Assembly (NCBI GenBank): GCA_009729775.1
Contig: GCA_009729775.1_4081.1
Direction: 5' to 3' (one strand)
Length of the DNA: 64,000 nucleotides
From: Escherichia coli
Lineage (GTDB): Bacteria > Pseudomonadota > Gammaproteobacteria > Enterobacterales > Enterobacteriaceae
Part shown: positions 1-10,536 of the stretch, one piece after another
How the letters are laid out: every line of letters begins with the position of its first letter
How positions within the stretch are numbered: the first letter of the stretch is position 1
Notes under the pieces: generated by a model
What the model saw: the letters and a program-made list of their open reading frames with translations, nothing else
Database searches by the model: none
What the model was told of the DNA's origin: nothing
Program-made: the position numbers and the translations under genes

Positions 1-74
1 TGTTGAACTGTATTGAACAGTGCGTCCTGGATAAAATAATTTGCAGTATCGATGTTTCCTAAAATATCTAACAT
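1..74 (-). CDS. hypothetical protein, 5' part only (continues beyond window start)
   Basis: ATG at 72-74 on minus strand, open to coordinate 1; overlaps stop of upstream gene (ATGTTAG coupling). Confidence 0.3.
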   Translation of the reverse strand, partial: MLDILGNIDTANYFIQDALFNTVQ

Positions 75-604
75 AACTTCTCCTTTATAGCTGTCATATT
101 TAGAAGAAATTCAGTAAGCAATTCCTCCGTAACATGCTCTGTATACCAGAATATCACAATATCTTTTGAAAGTCTAGTATTCATAAAAATATCTACTAAC
201 TCTTTGTAGTACTCTAGCGTTTCGAGATTTGTGAGAATTAACGAGTACTGAAAGAGTAATTCTTCAGTTAGATTAAATTCTGGATAAAGTAAATCATTGA
301 ACTCATGTGATGCAGTTTGAACTTGAATTCGGTCAAAGTTATTGGTTATACAACCGGAATAACTATTTCTGTACAACGCTCTGTACAACGCAGCATAATC
401 TATGAATTTTGCTTTAGGGTTAAAATCAAGAACACTTTCACCTTTATATGACAATCGGTGGAACGCCGAGAACATAGTCACTTCCCACGGTTGCTTAATA
501 TCTAGCTCAGTGATATCAATATTATTGGACAGAAGAACCGTAAAAATCTCACCAATCTTTAATAGTAATTTTGTACGTGCCAGTGCTACCATCGGATCAG
601 ACAT
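68..604 (-). CDS. family A paralog (hypothetical)
   Basis: 178 aa ORF; core motif EELLFQYSLI. Confidence 0.7.
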   Translation of the reverse strand: MSDPMVALARTKLLLKIGEIFTVLLSNNIDITELDIKQPWEVTMFSAFHRLSYKGESVLDFNPKAKFIDYAALYRALYRNSYSGCITNNFDRIQVQTASHEFNDLLYPEFNLTEELLFQYSLILTNLETLEYYKELVDIFMNTRLSKDIVIFWYTEHVTEELLTEFLLNMTAIKEKLC

Positions 605-1017
605 TATACACCTTCATATTCATCAAGAAAATCTTCGATAATCATTTCAGCTTCATCCATATGCATAGCATCAACTTCAATGATGCGAACTTTAGATGCA
701 TCCCAAATCATATAACTAGGAACATTATCAGGCTCGTAGTCATTTTTGTACTGAACAGCATCATAACCTTGAGCAGTGCAATTCTCAATAAGTGAACGCC
801 ACTCATCATCACTGCCTAAATCTTCACACAGAAGCACGTTATCAACATCAACTTCTAAGGTATGCAAGTATACTGTACATGCGTCTACTACGTTCAGTGG
901 GCTTCTCAGCTTGCGTAATGCAGCTTCCAAAGCACTGTGTTTACCTCCCATATGAAGACCACCATACGGGATATAAAAGTTATCAATTTTTACAGTACTC
1001 GCATGATACAGTTTCAT
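604..1017 (-). CDS. hypothetical protein
   Basis: 137 aa ORF in operon context, no family motif. Confidence 0.55.
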   Translation of the reverse strand: MKLYHASTVKIDNFYIPYGGLHMGGKHSALEAALRKLRSPLNVVDACTVYLHTLEVDVDNVLLCEDLGSDDEWRSLIENCTAQGYDAVQYKNDYEPDNVPSYMIWDASKVRIIEVDAMHMDEAEMIIEDFLDEYEGV

Positions 1018-1026
1018 ATTTCATTC

Positions 1027-1611
1027 CTATTTCAGTACTTTAGTCAATGCTTTCACAGCGGTTTCGAGTTGAGCATAGTCGTTAATTGTAAGGTAATGAA
1101 TACCATGTGCCTTCATTTCAGCATCTATTTTACTATATAAATCAAACATGTCAAGGATATGATTGTATGCATATGAAGTATTTGAAACACACAATTCTTG
1201 GAACAAACGTTCTTCCAAGTCATTCACAACTTCTCCATGAATATCAAGTACTACACCATCTTTGTAAGTGTAGTACTCTTCACTCCACTCTTCAGAAAGT
1301 CGGAACAGTAACGGATTCCCGCCGAACACTTCCATGTCATAGGAATTTATCTCACTAAGTAGTGTTTCACCTGGTTCTGGTGTGAAGTCAAAATATGCGA
1401 GTGTTGTACCATCATAGTCCTTGAGTGATATACCAGTATGATTTAAGGTTACTTCACCATAATTATTATTCTTGAACTTGATTTTGATATTAATCTCAAT
1501 GTATTTTATTGTCTCATCATCACTGAAATTGTAATCAACTTTATACTTTTTCCAAAGAAGTTTGATATCTTTGAAGTACTTTAATTTACTTTCAATTTCT
1601 TTAAAGTCCAT
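1027..1611 (-). CDS. hypothetical protein (possible divergent family A)
   Basis: 194 aa ORF, acidic, contiguous with array. Confidence 0.55.
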   Translation of the reverse strand: MDFKEIESKLKYFKDIKLLWKKYKVDYNFSDDETIKYIEINIKIKFKNNNYGEVTLNHTGISLKDYDGTTLAYFDFTPEPGETLLSEINSYDMEVFGGNPLLFRLSEEWSEEYYTYKDGVVLDIHGEVVNDLEERLFQELCVSNTSYAYNHILDMFDLYSKIDAEMKAHGIHYLTINDYAQLETAVKALTKVLK

Positions 1612-2203
1612 CTGGAACCACCATTTCTTGAATGTGCTTACATTTTATATTTGCCATATTGGTATGTAATATAATGCTGTGTTTACGCAATGATTTTACT
1701 TTGTAGCACTCATTGAGTACTGAAATAATTCCCCATAACTCTTCTACACTAATAGTGATAGGTTCACTTGTACTCAGTTGCATCAGTGCTGCTTGAACAT
1801 CATCTTTGTTATTAATAGTGAACTGGATTCCTCTTTTGAGAATTTTAGTTTTTGGATTGTACTCAGCTAATACATCACCTTCTGGATAACCCTCATGAAG
1901 TAATAATGTTGTTTCAAAATCACCGCAGTTGAAGTTAATTTCATCATAATCAGGTACACAAATGTTCCCTTCCCCGTACTCATTAGGTTCAGATTCTAGT
2001 GTTAAAATACGCTGAGTCTCATTGCTCAGGATGATAGAATCATTCCAGTACTGGGTAGTGAATGCTCTACGTTTCTTTTGAAAGCACATACTCGACATTG
2101 AACCATACTTCTTGTATATGGACTTCTTGAACTCAATAGCAGCAGGAGCCACCTTGATAACTTCACGAATTAAGTCAATAGCTTCTTGATAACTTTTTCT
2201 CAT
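1601..2203 (-). CDS. hypothetical protein
   Basis: 200 aa ORF, overlaps neighbours by few nt. Confidence 0.55.
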   Translation of the reverse strand: MRKSYQEAIDLIREVIKVAPAAIEFKKSIYKKYGSMSSMCFQKKRRAFTTQYWNDSIILSNETQRILTLESEPNEYGEGNICVPDYDEINFNCGDFETTLLLHEGYPEGDVLAEYNPKTKILKRGIQFTINNKDDVQAALMQLSTSEPITISVEELWGIISVLNECYKVKSLRKHSIILHTNMANIKCKHIQEMVVPDGL

Positions 2204-2751
2204 TTATCGTATCCATATAAAATATGATCTAGTGTACTTTGTACTTCTTCATGAAAGAATGAAGGGTAAACTTGTATCAATTTATCTTTAAGTTCAAGGG
2301 AATGGCATAGTTCTAATGTTTTGTAACAATCCTCGTACTGTGCCAGATCATGTAATGTACTTAACTGAAAATGTTGTTCTTCGGAGTACAATAAATCATA
2401 AACCATATTATCGGATAAAAGATTAGATTTGATTGAAGGATCAAGTACTGTCTGGTGGTGACCAACCCAAAAGATAGCTTTTGAGTTAATGTTATTACAA
2501 CCCCATCCTTTCCCCATCTTTTGGTGAATAGCAAATACACAGGAATCATACAAATTAATGCTCAGACGTTCTTCGTCTGCATGGATAGTTACACCATCAA
2601 TAGATAGTGTATATTTGAAATCCATAGCCCCCTCACTTCGTGCACGAGAACTAAAGACCAGATATCGATGAATTATGGTATTGATTTTATCTGTCCATCC
2701 ATCAACACATTTGGATGCACATAATGTAAAAAGATCATGATTGTAGTTCAT
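2200..2751 (-). CDS. family A paralog
   Basis: core EEQHFQLSTL. Confidence 0.7.
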   Translation of the reverse strand: MNYNHDLFTLCASKCVDGWTDKINTIIHRYLVFSSRARSEGAMDFKYTLSIDGVTIHADEERLSINLYDSCVFAIHQKMGKGWGCNNINSKAIFWVGHHQTVLDPSIKSNLLSDNMVYDLLYSEEQHFQLSTLHDLAQYEDCYKTLELCHSLELKDKLIQVYPSFFHEEVQSTLDHILYGYDK

Positions 2752-2812
2752 AAAATTCTCCTTTAGGACAATGTATCATACAAAAATACCAGAGTCAACC
2801 CCTGGTACGAAT
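2752..2812 (-). promoter_or_regulatory. putative sigma70-like promoter (TTGACT-17-TACATT) and GGAG RBS
   Basis: read on reverse complement of intergenic gap upstream of 2200..2751. Confidence 0.3.
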
Positions 2813-3394
2813 TTAATCCATCATAAGTGGGATAATTGCCCATATCTTTTTCATAATCATATCTTCAGTAAAAACAAATGTTTTAGGAGCAGTATATGAT
2901 ATTGACACACCAAATGGAAGTTTGATTGCATCATCAATTATATTATGAATATCAAACCATGTTTTAACATAATCATACGGTGGAAGTTCATGAATTGTAC
3001 TTAACTGAAAGTAATTCTCTTCACCAAAATCACTATATTCAATTTCACAAATTTTAGTGAATTGATGATTCCATTTAGATATAATACTATTTTTATTATT
3101 GTACATAGTAGTTCTATGCATAAAACCATTTTTGCTAGTATGATTTGATATTACGTTTTCTTCAATGTCAGTATCTATTTTAAAATTCATATCAAAGTTG
3201 TAGTACGGACTTGACGATTCTTTGAATTTTAAATGTAAATTGCGATTGTTATTAATTTCAATTTCAATACAAAACACATCTGAATCAAAACGATTAAACT
3301 TGTAATCGTTATCTTCCGGTAGATTCTGTATTTTTTTCATAATACTAAGCATAGGGTGTACTACACTTTTAATAAAATCATTTGTTATTTTCAT
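2813..3394 (-). CDS. family A paralog
   Basis: core EENYFQLSTI. Confidence 0.7.
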   Translation of the reverse strand: MKITNDFIKSVVHPMLSIMKKIQNLPEDNDYKFNRFDSDVFCIEIEINNNRNLHLKFKESSSPYYNFDMNFKIDTDIEENVISNHTSKNGFMHRTTMYNNKNSIISKWNHQFTKICEIEYSDFGEENYFQLSTIHELPPYDYVKTWFDIHNIIDDAIKLPFGVSISYTAPKTFVFTEDMIMKKIWAIIPLMMD

Positions 3395-3887
3395 AGTATT
3401 CCTTTAGAACTTTATATGATTCAACAATACTATCTTGTGTATAATTTGAACTATATACAACAGCACTTGTTTTAGTTGACCATAGATATGACATAAAGGT
3501 TATAACACTACTACATGGACTTAATGTATTGTTTTGAAATTCAATTTCTTCAATGTTATCAGTACTGGTATAGATGAATTGGAAAGTATCCATTGATTTA
3601 TTGGACAGCGATACTATAGTAGAATCCGTACCAGGACTATACATGAATGTCTCATTGCTAATAGTACTATCATTAGTATATGATGGTTTAGGAATATAAA
3701 TCAAACGCATGATATCACGCTCCAGACCTGACTTATTACTTTCCACCAAAGAAATCATATCTATATTTGTTATATGTTCAACACTGACATGGAACTTTTT
3801 GTTTAGAATTACATCTTTTGGTGAATTTTTATATGAAGACAAAATCTCATACAGCTCAACCAATTCTCGTGCATTTAATAAACTCAT
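3378..3887 (-). CDS. family A paralog (divergent)
   Basis: core EEIEFQNNTL. Confidence 0.6.
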   Translation of the reverse strand: MSLLNARELVELYEILSSYKNSPKDVILNKKFHVSVEHITNIDMISLVESNKSGLERDIMRLIYIPKPSYTNDSTISNETFMYSPGTDSTIVSLSNKSMDTFQFIYTSTDNIEEIEFQNNTLSPCSSVITFMSYLWSTKTSAVVYSSNYTQDSIVESYKVLKEYYENNK

Positions 3888-4312
3888 GTTTTGTCTCTTA
3901 ATGAAAGAATATCCTTAGTATAAACTGAAACAGAAATATGATTATATTTCATCATTAATTTATACACATAAGAAGCTAGTACTAAATCGTAAATTAATTT
4001 AGTATTATACAGTACTTGGTATTGTAACGCAAGTGAATCAATATCATCTTTACTTTCAATATCCAGAAATGTACCAAAAATTGTAGTACCGTGTAGATGA
4101 AAAGTGGAATTAATGCAATCAATGCATTCATTGTCCAATAGAGTAGATGATGATGCCCTCGGTGAATCCCAAATAGTCACTGCGTGTATGCCCTCAACGA
4201 ACAAATCTATCCATATTTTGTGTCGTTGTCTTTTTTTTGTTTTATAATTTTCTGGATTTGAAAGTGTAGTTTCAATTATATCCCATATGTACAAACAATC
4301 ATCTCTTGTCAT
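3884..4312 (-). CDS. hypothetical protein (possible divergent family A)
   Basis: 142 aa ORF, ATGA overlap with neighbours. Confidence 0.55.
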   Translation of the reverse strand: MTRDDCLYIWDIIETTLSNPENYKTKKRQRHKIWIDLFVEGIHAVTIWDSPRASSSTLLDNECIDCINSTFHLHGTTIFGTFLDIESKDDIDSLALQYQVLYNTKLIYDLVLASYVYKLMMKYNHISVSVYTKDILSLRDKT

Positions 4313-4890
4313 TATAGAACCTTATCCATTGCTGCATTTAATGCTTTTAAACGATCTACATTCAAATTATTGAAGATGTATGTTCCTAACATGTGGAAAT
4401 CGAACTGGTACTTTTTGTATTCATGATAAATTAAACTACAAAAAATAACAGTACTAAGAACCTCTTCAGGTATAACAGTGCTCATCTGGAACAGGTCTTC
4501 TTCAACTGTACTTGATTCTGGATCGATAGCTTTTAACTCATACTCTTCATCACCGAATAGTACTTTAATATTATATAAAACACCAACAGTACTAATATGG
4601 AATGGGTGGTGTGAAAAACTTCCATCATCCTTAATTTGTATATCGGTTCTAATCTCACACTCTTGATTACTTTTATTTTTATTTTTTACAATACAAATAT
4701 TTCTAGCCCCAGAAATAGTAAGAATGCCGTGATCGTAATATTCATTGGACCAACATTTAGATGAAATTGCTACATCACGGATGAGGTATTGTTTTTCAAT
4801 TTCTTTTGAACTACTAACAATTGATAACATTTTTGTACTGATATCATATAATAACTGATGGCGTTCTGTCATATAACTATAAGCGTTCAT
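4312..4890 (-). CDS. family A paralog
   Basis: core EEDLFQMSTV. Confidence 0.7.
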   Translation of the reverse strand: MNAYSYMTERHQLLYDISTKMLSIVSSSKEIEKQYLIRDVAISSKCWSNEYYDHGILTISGARNICIVKNKNKSNQECEIRTDIQIKDDGSFSHHPFHISTVGVLYNIKVLFGDEEYELKAIDPESSTVEEDLFQMSTVIPEEVLSTVIFCSLIYHEYKKYQFDFHMLGTYIFNNLNVDRLKALNAAMDKVL

Positions 4891-5461
4891 ATTTTTCCTT
4901 AACCAATTCTATATTTTGAAGTAGTGTATTCAGAACATCAGTCTTGTAATTGATAAAATCATTGTACATAACTAGTTCACCACAATCAAGAACTTTTGCA
5001 GTATCGTAACAAAGCATTAAGTACTCGAATTCTTTGTAATTGTCCAACAATGATTTCTGGAAAATGAATGCATCTCGAATATCTTCACTTTGGTCTAATT
5101 CTGGTGGAACATCCAACCCAATAAAACCATCATCTTCACTGAAATCAGATTCTACAATTTTATTAATTTTTTCATGTAATGCATTCGCAAATACCATATT
5201 AGAAGAAATAGAACCAATACGTTCACGATTTCTGGATGTGCGAATGTACATAGTAATCGTATCCCATGAACTTTTAATTTTTTTAGAAAATTCATAAGTT
5301 TTATATACATCCAACTGAACTGATCCAAAACGATGTTTGGATTTGTTTTCAATTTTCAATCGATAATCATCAAATTCAACAATTTCTGTAATGTCATGAA
5401 TCTCTGAAAGTTCTGCAATGTCATGCATGAGTCTCAAAATTTTAGTTCTGATATGGTTCAT
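4877..5461 (-). CDS. family A paralog
   Basis: core DAFIFQKSLL. Confidence 0.65.
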   Translation of the reverse strand: MNHIRTKILRLMHDIAELSEIHDITEIVEFDDYRLKIENKSKHRFGSVQLDVYKTYEFSKKIKSSWDTITMYIRTSRNRERIGSISSNMVFANALHEKINKIVESDFSEDDGFIGLDVPPELDQSEDIRDAFIFQKSLLDNYKEFEYLMLCYDTAKVLDCGELVMYNDFINYKTDVLNTLLQNIELVKEKYERL

Positions 5462-6036
5462 TGTGCATCCTCGAATTTAACAGGTACATGTTCATTAATG
5501 AAATTCTTAAGAGCCTGTACTAAATCCTCTAATTCTTTTGTACTGTATTTTAAAATAGTTTTAAAGTGAATCAAATCTTTTCTTTCCATGATCTTTGGAA
5601 TTTTATATGCTAACTCTAAACAGCGTACAGTACTGGCATCATACAAAAGGTTTGCGTTGAACATTAGAACATTGTATTCATCAGATGAAATTTTATAATT
5701 ATATGTATCAATCACTTCATGTGTGTATAAATTCTTATACACAATTTTATTCTCACTGAAGTTTGAGCAAACGCACAGATAATCGTTGTAAAATGAAGAA
5801 CGATAATCTTGTTTACGTTGTACATCTGCTATGATTTGTAATACTGTATATTTTTCTTCAGAATCCAACTCAATGTTAGCATAACTGCTCGCAGTTTCAG
5901 ATACAAGGATATTGATGTTATATTTCTCATTAACTTTAATGTACTGGCGTGAGCCAGTATCAGGAATGAACTTAAAACAATGCTTCAGAAGTAATGTGAC
6001 TTCTTTAATTAATTCAGTACTCATAGATTCCTCCAA
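5458..6036 (-). CDS. hypothetical protein (possible divergent family A)
   Basis: 192 aa ORF; RBS GGAGG upstream. Confidence 0.55.
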   Translation of the reverse strand: MEESMSTELIKEVTLLLKHCFKFIPDTGSRQYIKVNEKYNINILVSETASSYANIELDSEEKYTVLQIIADVQRKQDYRSSFYNDYLCVCSNFSENKIVYKNLYTHEVIDTYNYKISSDEYNVLMFNANLLYDASTVRCLELAYKIPKIMERKDLIHFKTILKYSTKELEDLVQALKNFINEHVPVKFEDAQ

Positions 6037-6041
6037 CTCTA

Positions 6042-6080
6042 GTTAAAATCAAGTATAACACACCTGAATGCTCTTGTAAA
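6042..6080 (-). promoter_or_regulatory. putative sigma70-like promoter (TTTACA-17-TATACT)
   Basis: reverse complement of gap upstream of 5458..6036. Confidence 0.35.
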
Positions 6081-6081
6081 G

Positions 6082-6111
6082 CCATAAACACAAAAAGACC
6101 CATACGGGTCT
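6082..6111 (-). terminator. rho-independent terminator
   Basis: hairpin AGACCC-atac-GGGTCT directly after stop of 6112..6678, followed by U-tract on minus strand. Confidence 0.55.
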
Positions 6112-6678
6112 TTATTTTGGTAAAACACTGTCAATGTACGCTAGAACCTCATCTCGAAGGTACGTTCCATCTATAGTTAGGTAATAGTTCATGGGAATAT
6201 CACTCCCAACCTTCTCATAAATTTTCATACATGATATCACATCTTCATCACAAATGGTACTCAATTGAAAAAGAACTTCATCGGTTAACGGTACGATATC
6301 ATGTTTAGATAGGGGATTTGTATTTTCATTCAACACAATATTAATCAAGTTAGGAGTATTCTTTGACGAAATATAACGATGCTTACTACGAATTACCATT
6401 CTCGATAGTGAAATACTGGAACTCCATCTTGGATCAACATCTTCATATGATAACGATATTAACATCTCGTGAAAATCTTGAAATTTCATTGACGCATAAT
6501 ATGTTTTATCCTCACCGTACATACCAAATGATTTAAATTCAATATCCCCCACTTTGTATGTATCGACATCATTATTTGAGAACTTTATTAAACTATTAAT
6601 TAGTCTAATTAGAATATCATCTTTATCCATTCTTAAATAACTCCAAGTGCATGTCGTATAAATCTCTGAAGTCTTCAT
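6112..6678 (-). CDS. family A paralog
   Basis: core DEVLFQLSTI. Confidence 0.7.
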   Translation of the reverse strand: MKTSEIYTTCTWSYLRMDKDDILIRLINSLIKFSNNDVDTYKVGDIEFKSFGMYGEDKTYYASMKFQDFHEMLISLSYEDVDPRWSSSISLSRMVIRSKHRYISSKNTPNLINIVLNENTNPLSKHDIVPLTDEVLFQLSTICDEDVISCMKIYEKVGSDIPMNYYLTIDGTYLRDEVLAYIDSVLPK

Positions 6679-7186
6679 AGAAATCTTTTTCTTCGAGAAT
6701 ATTCTTTAAACTGGGAATCTCTTCCATAATTTCATCTATATCTGATTCTATGAAAAATCCTGATGGATTATCGTAGTTTTGTAACAGATAACTGAAAGTA
6801 ATAATGTAAAGAAGTTCATTAGGATTGTGAATTAAACTTAGCTGGAACATAGCTGATTCTAAATCTGATTCAGTACTAAGATCAACCCAACGTGAATTTC
6901 TATAATCAACTCGTACTTGACTTGTATTTGGATTCCATGTGAAGCAATGTGTACCAATATGACCTATACAACCAACCCTTGTACTGTCTCCGGTATCAAC
7001 ACTGATATCAACAAATAGTTCAATACCGATATCGGTTGATGTTACACGACCTTTTTTCAGAAATAAATCATTATCCTTACGAAATTGTTTGGATGAAAGA
7101 GTGTCAATGATGCACATCAATGTTTTTGCAAATGCAACACAATGACGAAATTCAAGCCTATGAAATTGGTAATCATTGATATTCAT
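6623..7186 (-). CDS. family A paralog
   Basis: core ESAMFQLSLI; start approximate. Confidence 0.65.
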   Translation of the reverse strand: MNINDYQFHRLEFRHCVAFAKTLMCIIDTLSSKQFRKDNDLFLKKGRVTSTDIGIELFVDISVDTGDSTRVGCIGHIGTHCFTWNPNTSQVRVDYRNSRWVDLSTESDLESAMFQLSLIHNPNELLYIITFSYLLQNYDNPSGFFIESDIDEIMEEIPSLKNILEEKDFYEDFRDLYDMHLELFKNG

Positions 7187-7725
7187 AATTCAACCCTCAA
7201 TATTTTATCAGCAATTGATATAACCTTATCATTGAATACATTACCAATCTCAATCCTTATATACATAGCAGGTGGAATCTTTCCTTGTAGTGAATAATAT
7301 GTTTGTATACCTAAGTACTCATTATCTGATAATGAAAATTTGATTCTCTCCATATCAATGTCTGTTACTGGTAAATCTATCATTTCATAATGGTAGTCAA
7401 CGTTTTCAGTGTATATTTTATCGAAGTAATTTGAATAATCACTACTAATATAGATGCTATCATCACGAATAATCACTTTATAATCAGAAGGTTCAAATTT
7501 ATCTTTAGAAGAAAAGAATGCATCATCTATCTTCTCTTCTCTTATACCGAATAACATTTTACCATCATATTTTACATCAAGAATACTACCTAGTATATTA
7601 ATGGTACAATGCTCATCAATATTATGACGTAAAGAACGAGTCTTGTATTTTGGGTTAATGAAAATTTTCATTAATTTTATACAAATTTCAGTAATGCATT
7701 TTACATTCTCATTTTCTATGTACAT
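7183..7725 (-). CDS. hypothetical protein
   Basis: 180 aa ORF. Confidence 0.55.
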   Translation of the reverse strand: MYIENENVKCITEICIKLMKIFINPKYKTRSLRHNIDEHCTINILGSILDVKYDGKMLFGIREEKIDDAFFSSKDKFEPSDYKVIIRDDSIYISSDYSNYFDKIYTENVDYHYEMIDLPVTDIDMERIKFSLSDNEYLGIQTYYSLQGKIPPAMYIRIEIGNVFNDKVISIADKILRVEL

Positions 7726-8212
7726 TAAAAGCCCTCTTTAATTCTTTTACATTTTTAATGAATACTTTCATTGCAGAAATCTCAAAAGATAATGTATTAA
7801 ATTTGCAGTACTTTTTAAAGTACGACATAATATATAACATTTTGAGTTCTTTTTCTGTATAAATTAAACTGTTTTGAAAGTAACTTTCTTCGGAAATGTC
7901 CGTAAGAAAAGAATAAAATGTATTTTGCTTGTGCACAATTTTAATACTATCAGACCAAGATTTGTAAGAAACGTAATCAGTACGTGCAAAATCATATAGT
8001 GAATTAGATGTATCTGTGTATGTTTCCGAGAACACAATCTTATATATCTTATCTTGAATTCGAGAACATATGTACCTATGGTCATCTGTCTCACTGATTG
8101 CAATGTATCTATGGAGTAAATCTTTATGAGCATTGATGAACTCAAACACTTCTAAACACTCCCTAGCGAACTTCATAGTTTCTCTGTACTTTCGGTTCAT
8201 TAGTCTCTCCAA
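7709..8212 (-). CDS. family A paralog
   Basis: core EESYFQNSLI. Confidence 0.7.
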   Translation of the reverse strand: MERLMNRKYRETMKFARECLEVFEFINAHKDLLHRYIAISETDDHRYICSRIQDKIYKIVFSETYTDTSNSLYDFARTDYVSYKSWSDSIKIVHKQNTFYSFLTDISEESYFQNSLIYTEKELKMLYIMSYFKKYCKFNTLSFEISAMKVFIKNVKELKRAFNVHRK

Positions 8213-8613
8213 ACTTTACCAGGGAAGTGTTTCTCGTAGTACTCATCATCACTTAACATATAATCAGGAGTTTCTACTTCTATGGTTTTGAAGATTGTTT
8301 CTGGAATGTGTGTGACTTTATTGGGTTGTACTTTATGTTCGCGTAAAACCTTCTGTATCGCTCCTAGACGTTGTAAATCGATACATGTAGGAAAGACTAA
8401 GCTGTACTGAAATAACTCATCAGGGGTCATTATAGACACATCTTTAGCTTGTTTGATTTGATAATTAGTACTAATGAATATATCAAATCCTTGTACAGCA
8501 TTATAGCTTACATAGGTTGTTTTATTTTTGTCAATAGGAGCACTTAAACGATATCCATATATCCCGTGTTGGTCAACAACACATCGTTGCATAATTTTAA
8601 TCATTTCGAACAT
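8200..8613 (-). CDS. family A paralog
   Basis: core PDELFQYSLV. Confidence 0.7.
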   Translation of the reverse strand: MFEMIKIMQRCVVDQHGIYGYRLSAPIDKNKTTYVSYNAVQGFDIFISTNYQIKQAKDVSIMTPDELFQYSLVFPTCIDLQRLGAIQKVLREHKVQPNKVTHIPETIFKTIEVETPDYMLSDDEYYEKHFPGKVWRD

Positions 8614-8959
8614 AATTTACCTCGTGTGTGATATAACTCCACGCAGTAAGAATATCTATTTGTATATCCTGTACTTCATGAAAATATTTAAGTACCTTCT
8701 GGTATTCCATTATTTTGTACACATCTTCAGTACTGATAGTGCTCTGCTGAAACAATTCCTCTTCTGATAAAGTACTATAATCAGGGATTTTTATTTCTGA
8801 ATATATATCATTTATCTTTCCATTGTCTTGATAAATCTGGATATAAAATTGATTGTATTCTGGAATATAGGTTACATAATGATTGTGTCTGATTACATAT
8901 CTTGAAACAAAGTATTCAGTACCATCAGTCATGTACTGAATTGTTGTCGTATTTTGCAT
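8597..8959 (-). CDS. family A paralog
   Basis: core EEELFQQSTI. Confidence 0.7.
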   Translation of the reverse strand: MQNTTTIQYMTDGTEYFVSRYVIRHNHYVTYIPEYNQFYIQIYQDNGKINDIYSEIKIPDYSTLSEEELFQQSTISTEDVYKIMEYQKVLKYFHEVQDIQIDILTAWSYITHEVNYVRND

Positions 8960-9419
8960 TCAAATAATCCACGCATTTATAGTATACTACTAAATCTAAA
9001 AAGAATCGTTGTTTGTATTTGTAATGATGAAGTAGTGCACCATAAAATAACATAGCATTAAGTACTTTTACATCATGAATACAAGAACCCTGAAAGTACA
9101 TTTCCTCTGACATGAACACTAAATCATCATACTTAACAAATACTGCTTCTCTATAATTGTCAATATTAATCTTCAAATCAGACCCAGGGCAATATGAAAT
9201 GTATCCGGCTTTGTAATGAAAGTCATTGTCATCAAAGTACTCGGTATAGATTTGATTACCTCTTTCATTAGTAAATGCAAGTCTTCCGTTGGATGAACTA
9301 AACTCATCGTATTCGAACATACCACCAAATGGGTCAGGACTTCTGAACTCCTTTGCAATGCGATAGATATTTTCTGCAAATTCTAAAACACCATCGTAAT
9401 CATATTCTGTAGTAATCAT
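8925..9419 (-). CDS. family A paralog
   Basis: core EEMYFQGSCI; start approximate. Confidence 0.65.
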   Translation of the reverse strand: MITTEYDYDGVLEFAENIYRIAKEFRSPDPFGGMFEYDEFSSSNGRLAFTNERGNQIYTEYFDDNDFHYKAGYISYCPGSDLKINIDNYREAVFVKYDDLVFMSEEMYFQGSCIHDVKVLNAMLFYGALLHHYKYKQRFFLDLVVYYKCVDYLNAKYDNNSVHD

Positions 9420-9892
9420 AAACCATTTTTCTCCAGGTACTCAATAATACAATCGAGATTGTTCAGGTCCAAGTAGAAATGATCACTATCTGAATTTAGT
9501 TCATTTTTAAGGGCAGTGTAAATCACTGAACTGAAAACAATCCTCTCTGGATACACAGTACTGTACTGGAAGAACTCTTCTTCAGTGTTAATTTCAGCCG
9601 TATCAAATCCTTCATTTATAAGATGATGATTGTAGTATTTGAAATTATCTGAACTTGGGAAATGGTATGAAATAAAATCACCACTTGGTACTTCATCAAG
9701 CACTCTAATACTACAAGTTGATTCATCTGAACTATAGAGTAACACATCCATAAAGGAAAGGTATCCATTTCGTTTTTTGACTGTATGTTTGCCTACGGAA
9801 AAATCTTCAGTAACATTTGTAAGGAATTTATAAACCCTGATAATGTCTTTTGCTATTTTTTGTGCATTGCTAAATGATAGGTCTTTGGACAT
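9416..9892 (-). CDS. family A paralog
   Basis: core EEEFFQYSTV. Confidence 0.7.
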   Translation of the reverse strand: MSKDLSFSNAQKIAKDIIRVYKFLTNVTEDFSVGKHTVKKRNGYLSFMDVLLYSSDESTCSIRVLDEVPSGDFISYHFPSSDNFKYYNHHLINEGFDTAEINTEEEFFQYSTVYPERIVFSSVIYTALKNELNSDSDHFYLDLNNLDCIIEYLEKNGL

Positions 9893-9951
9893 TGTGATAT
9901 AACCCTTTACAATTAATATAAAGAGATTATATCACAAAGAATCGGAGGGTG

Positions 9952-10536
9952 TCAAGATGGGTTGCGAAGTTCTACCATTTCTTTCCAAACTAATTGGTAA
10001 TCTTCTAAGTCCAGATAGAAGTCTTCATTCCAGTGCTCATGAAAGTACTTATACATGAATAGAACTCCTAAATCGTATGCAGGAAACAATAATGATAGTT
10101 GAAAGTAGTATTCCTGATTTAAAACTATATCAATAAACTCTAATGTACGTATGCCACCTTTCGATGAACGTATCTCAATGTGTGAGGTATCCTTCATACA
10201 GTAACACATGAAACCACCTCTAAATTCTGGATCATATTCACATTCGAACTGCTCACTGTTGTTATAGAAATCTCTCCCACTTTCTTGATCTTTCGGTCTA
10301 CGTACTGATACATGAATATTTTTATCACGGTACATTGAACGATTTAGTATTTTCAAACATTTGAACTTATCTTCTTTAATGAACTTGATAATATCAATTA
10401 TATCTTGTGCTGTACTGATAGCTGATTCGAATGTATCCAACTTAAGATGATTATATTGGGTTCCAGAGTTCATTTTTTTATCTAACATATAAACCTCATA
10501 ATTCATACATTTTTGATTTGAACTGCATATGACCAC
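9952..10536 (-). CDS. family A paralog
   Basis: core QEYYFQLSLL. Confidence 0.7.
   Translation of the reverse strand: MVICSSNQKCMNYEVYMLDKKMNSGTQYNHLKLDTFESAISTAQDIIDIIKFIKEDKFKCLKILNRSMYRDKNIHVSVRRPKDQESGRDFYNNSEQFECEYDPEFRGGFMCYCMKDTSHIEIRSSKGGIRTLEFIDIVLNQEYYFQLSLLFPAYDLGVLFMYKYFHEHWNEDFYLDLEDYQLVWKEMVELRNPS

Noticed and set aside
604-1017. Possible ADP-ribosyltransferase or RNA-modifying enzyme, from the H...S...E residues in MKLYHASTV...YGGLHMGG
   Set aside because: The match rests on a few scattered residues and is too weak to call without a profile search.
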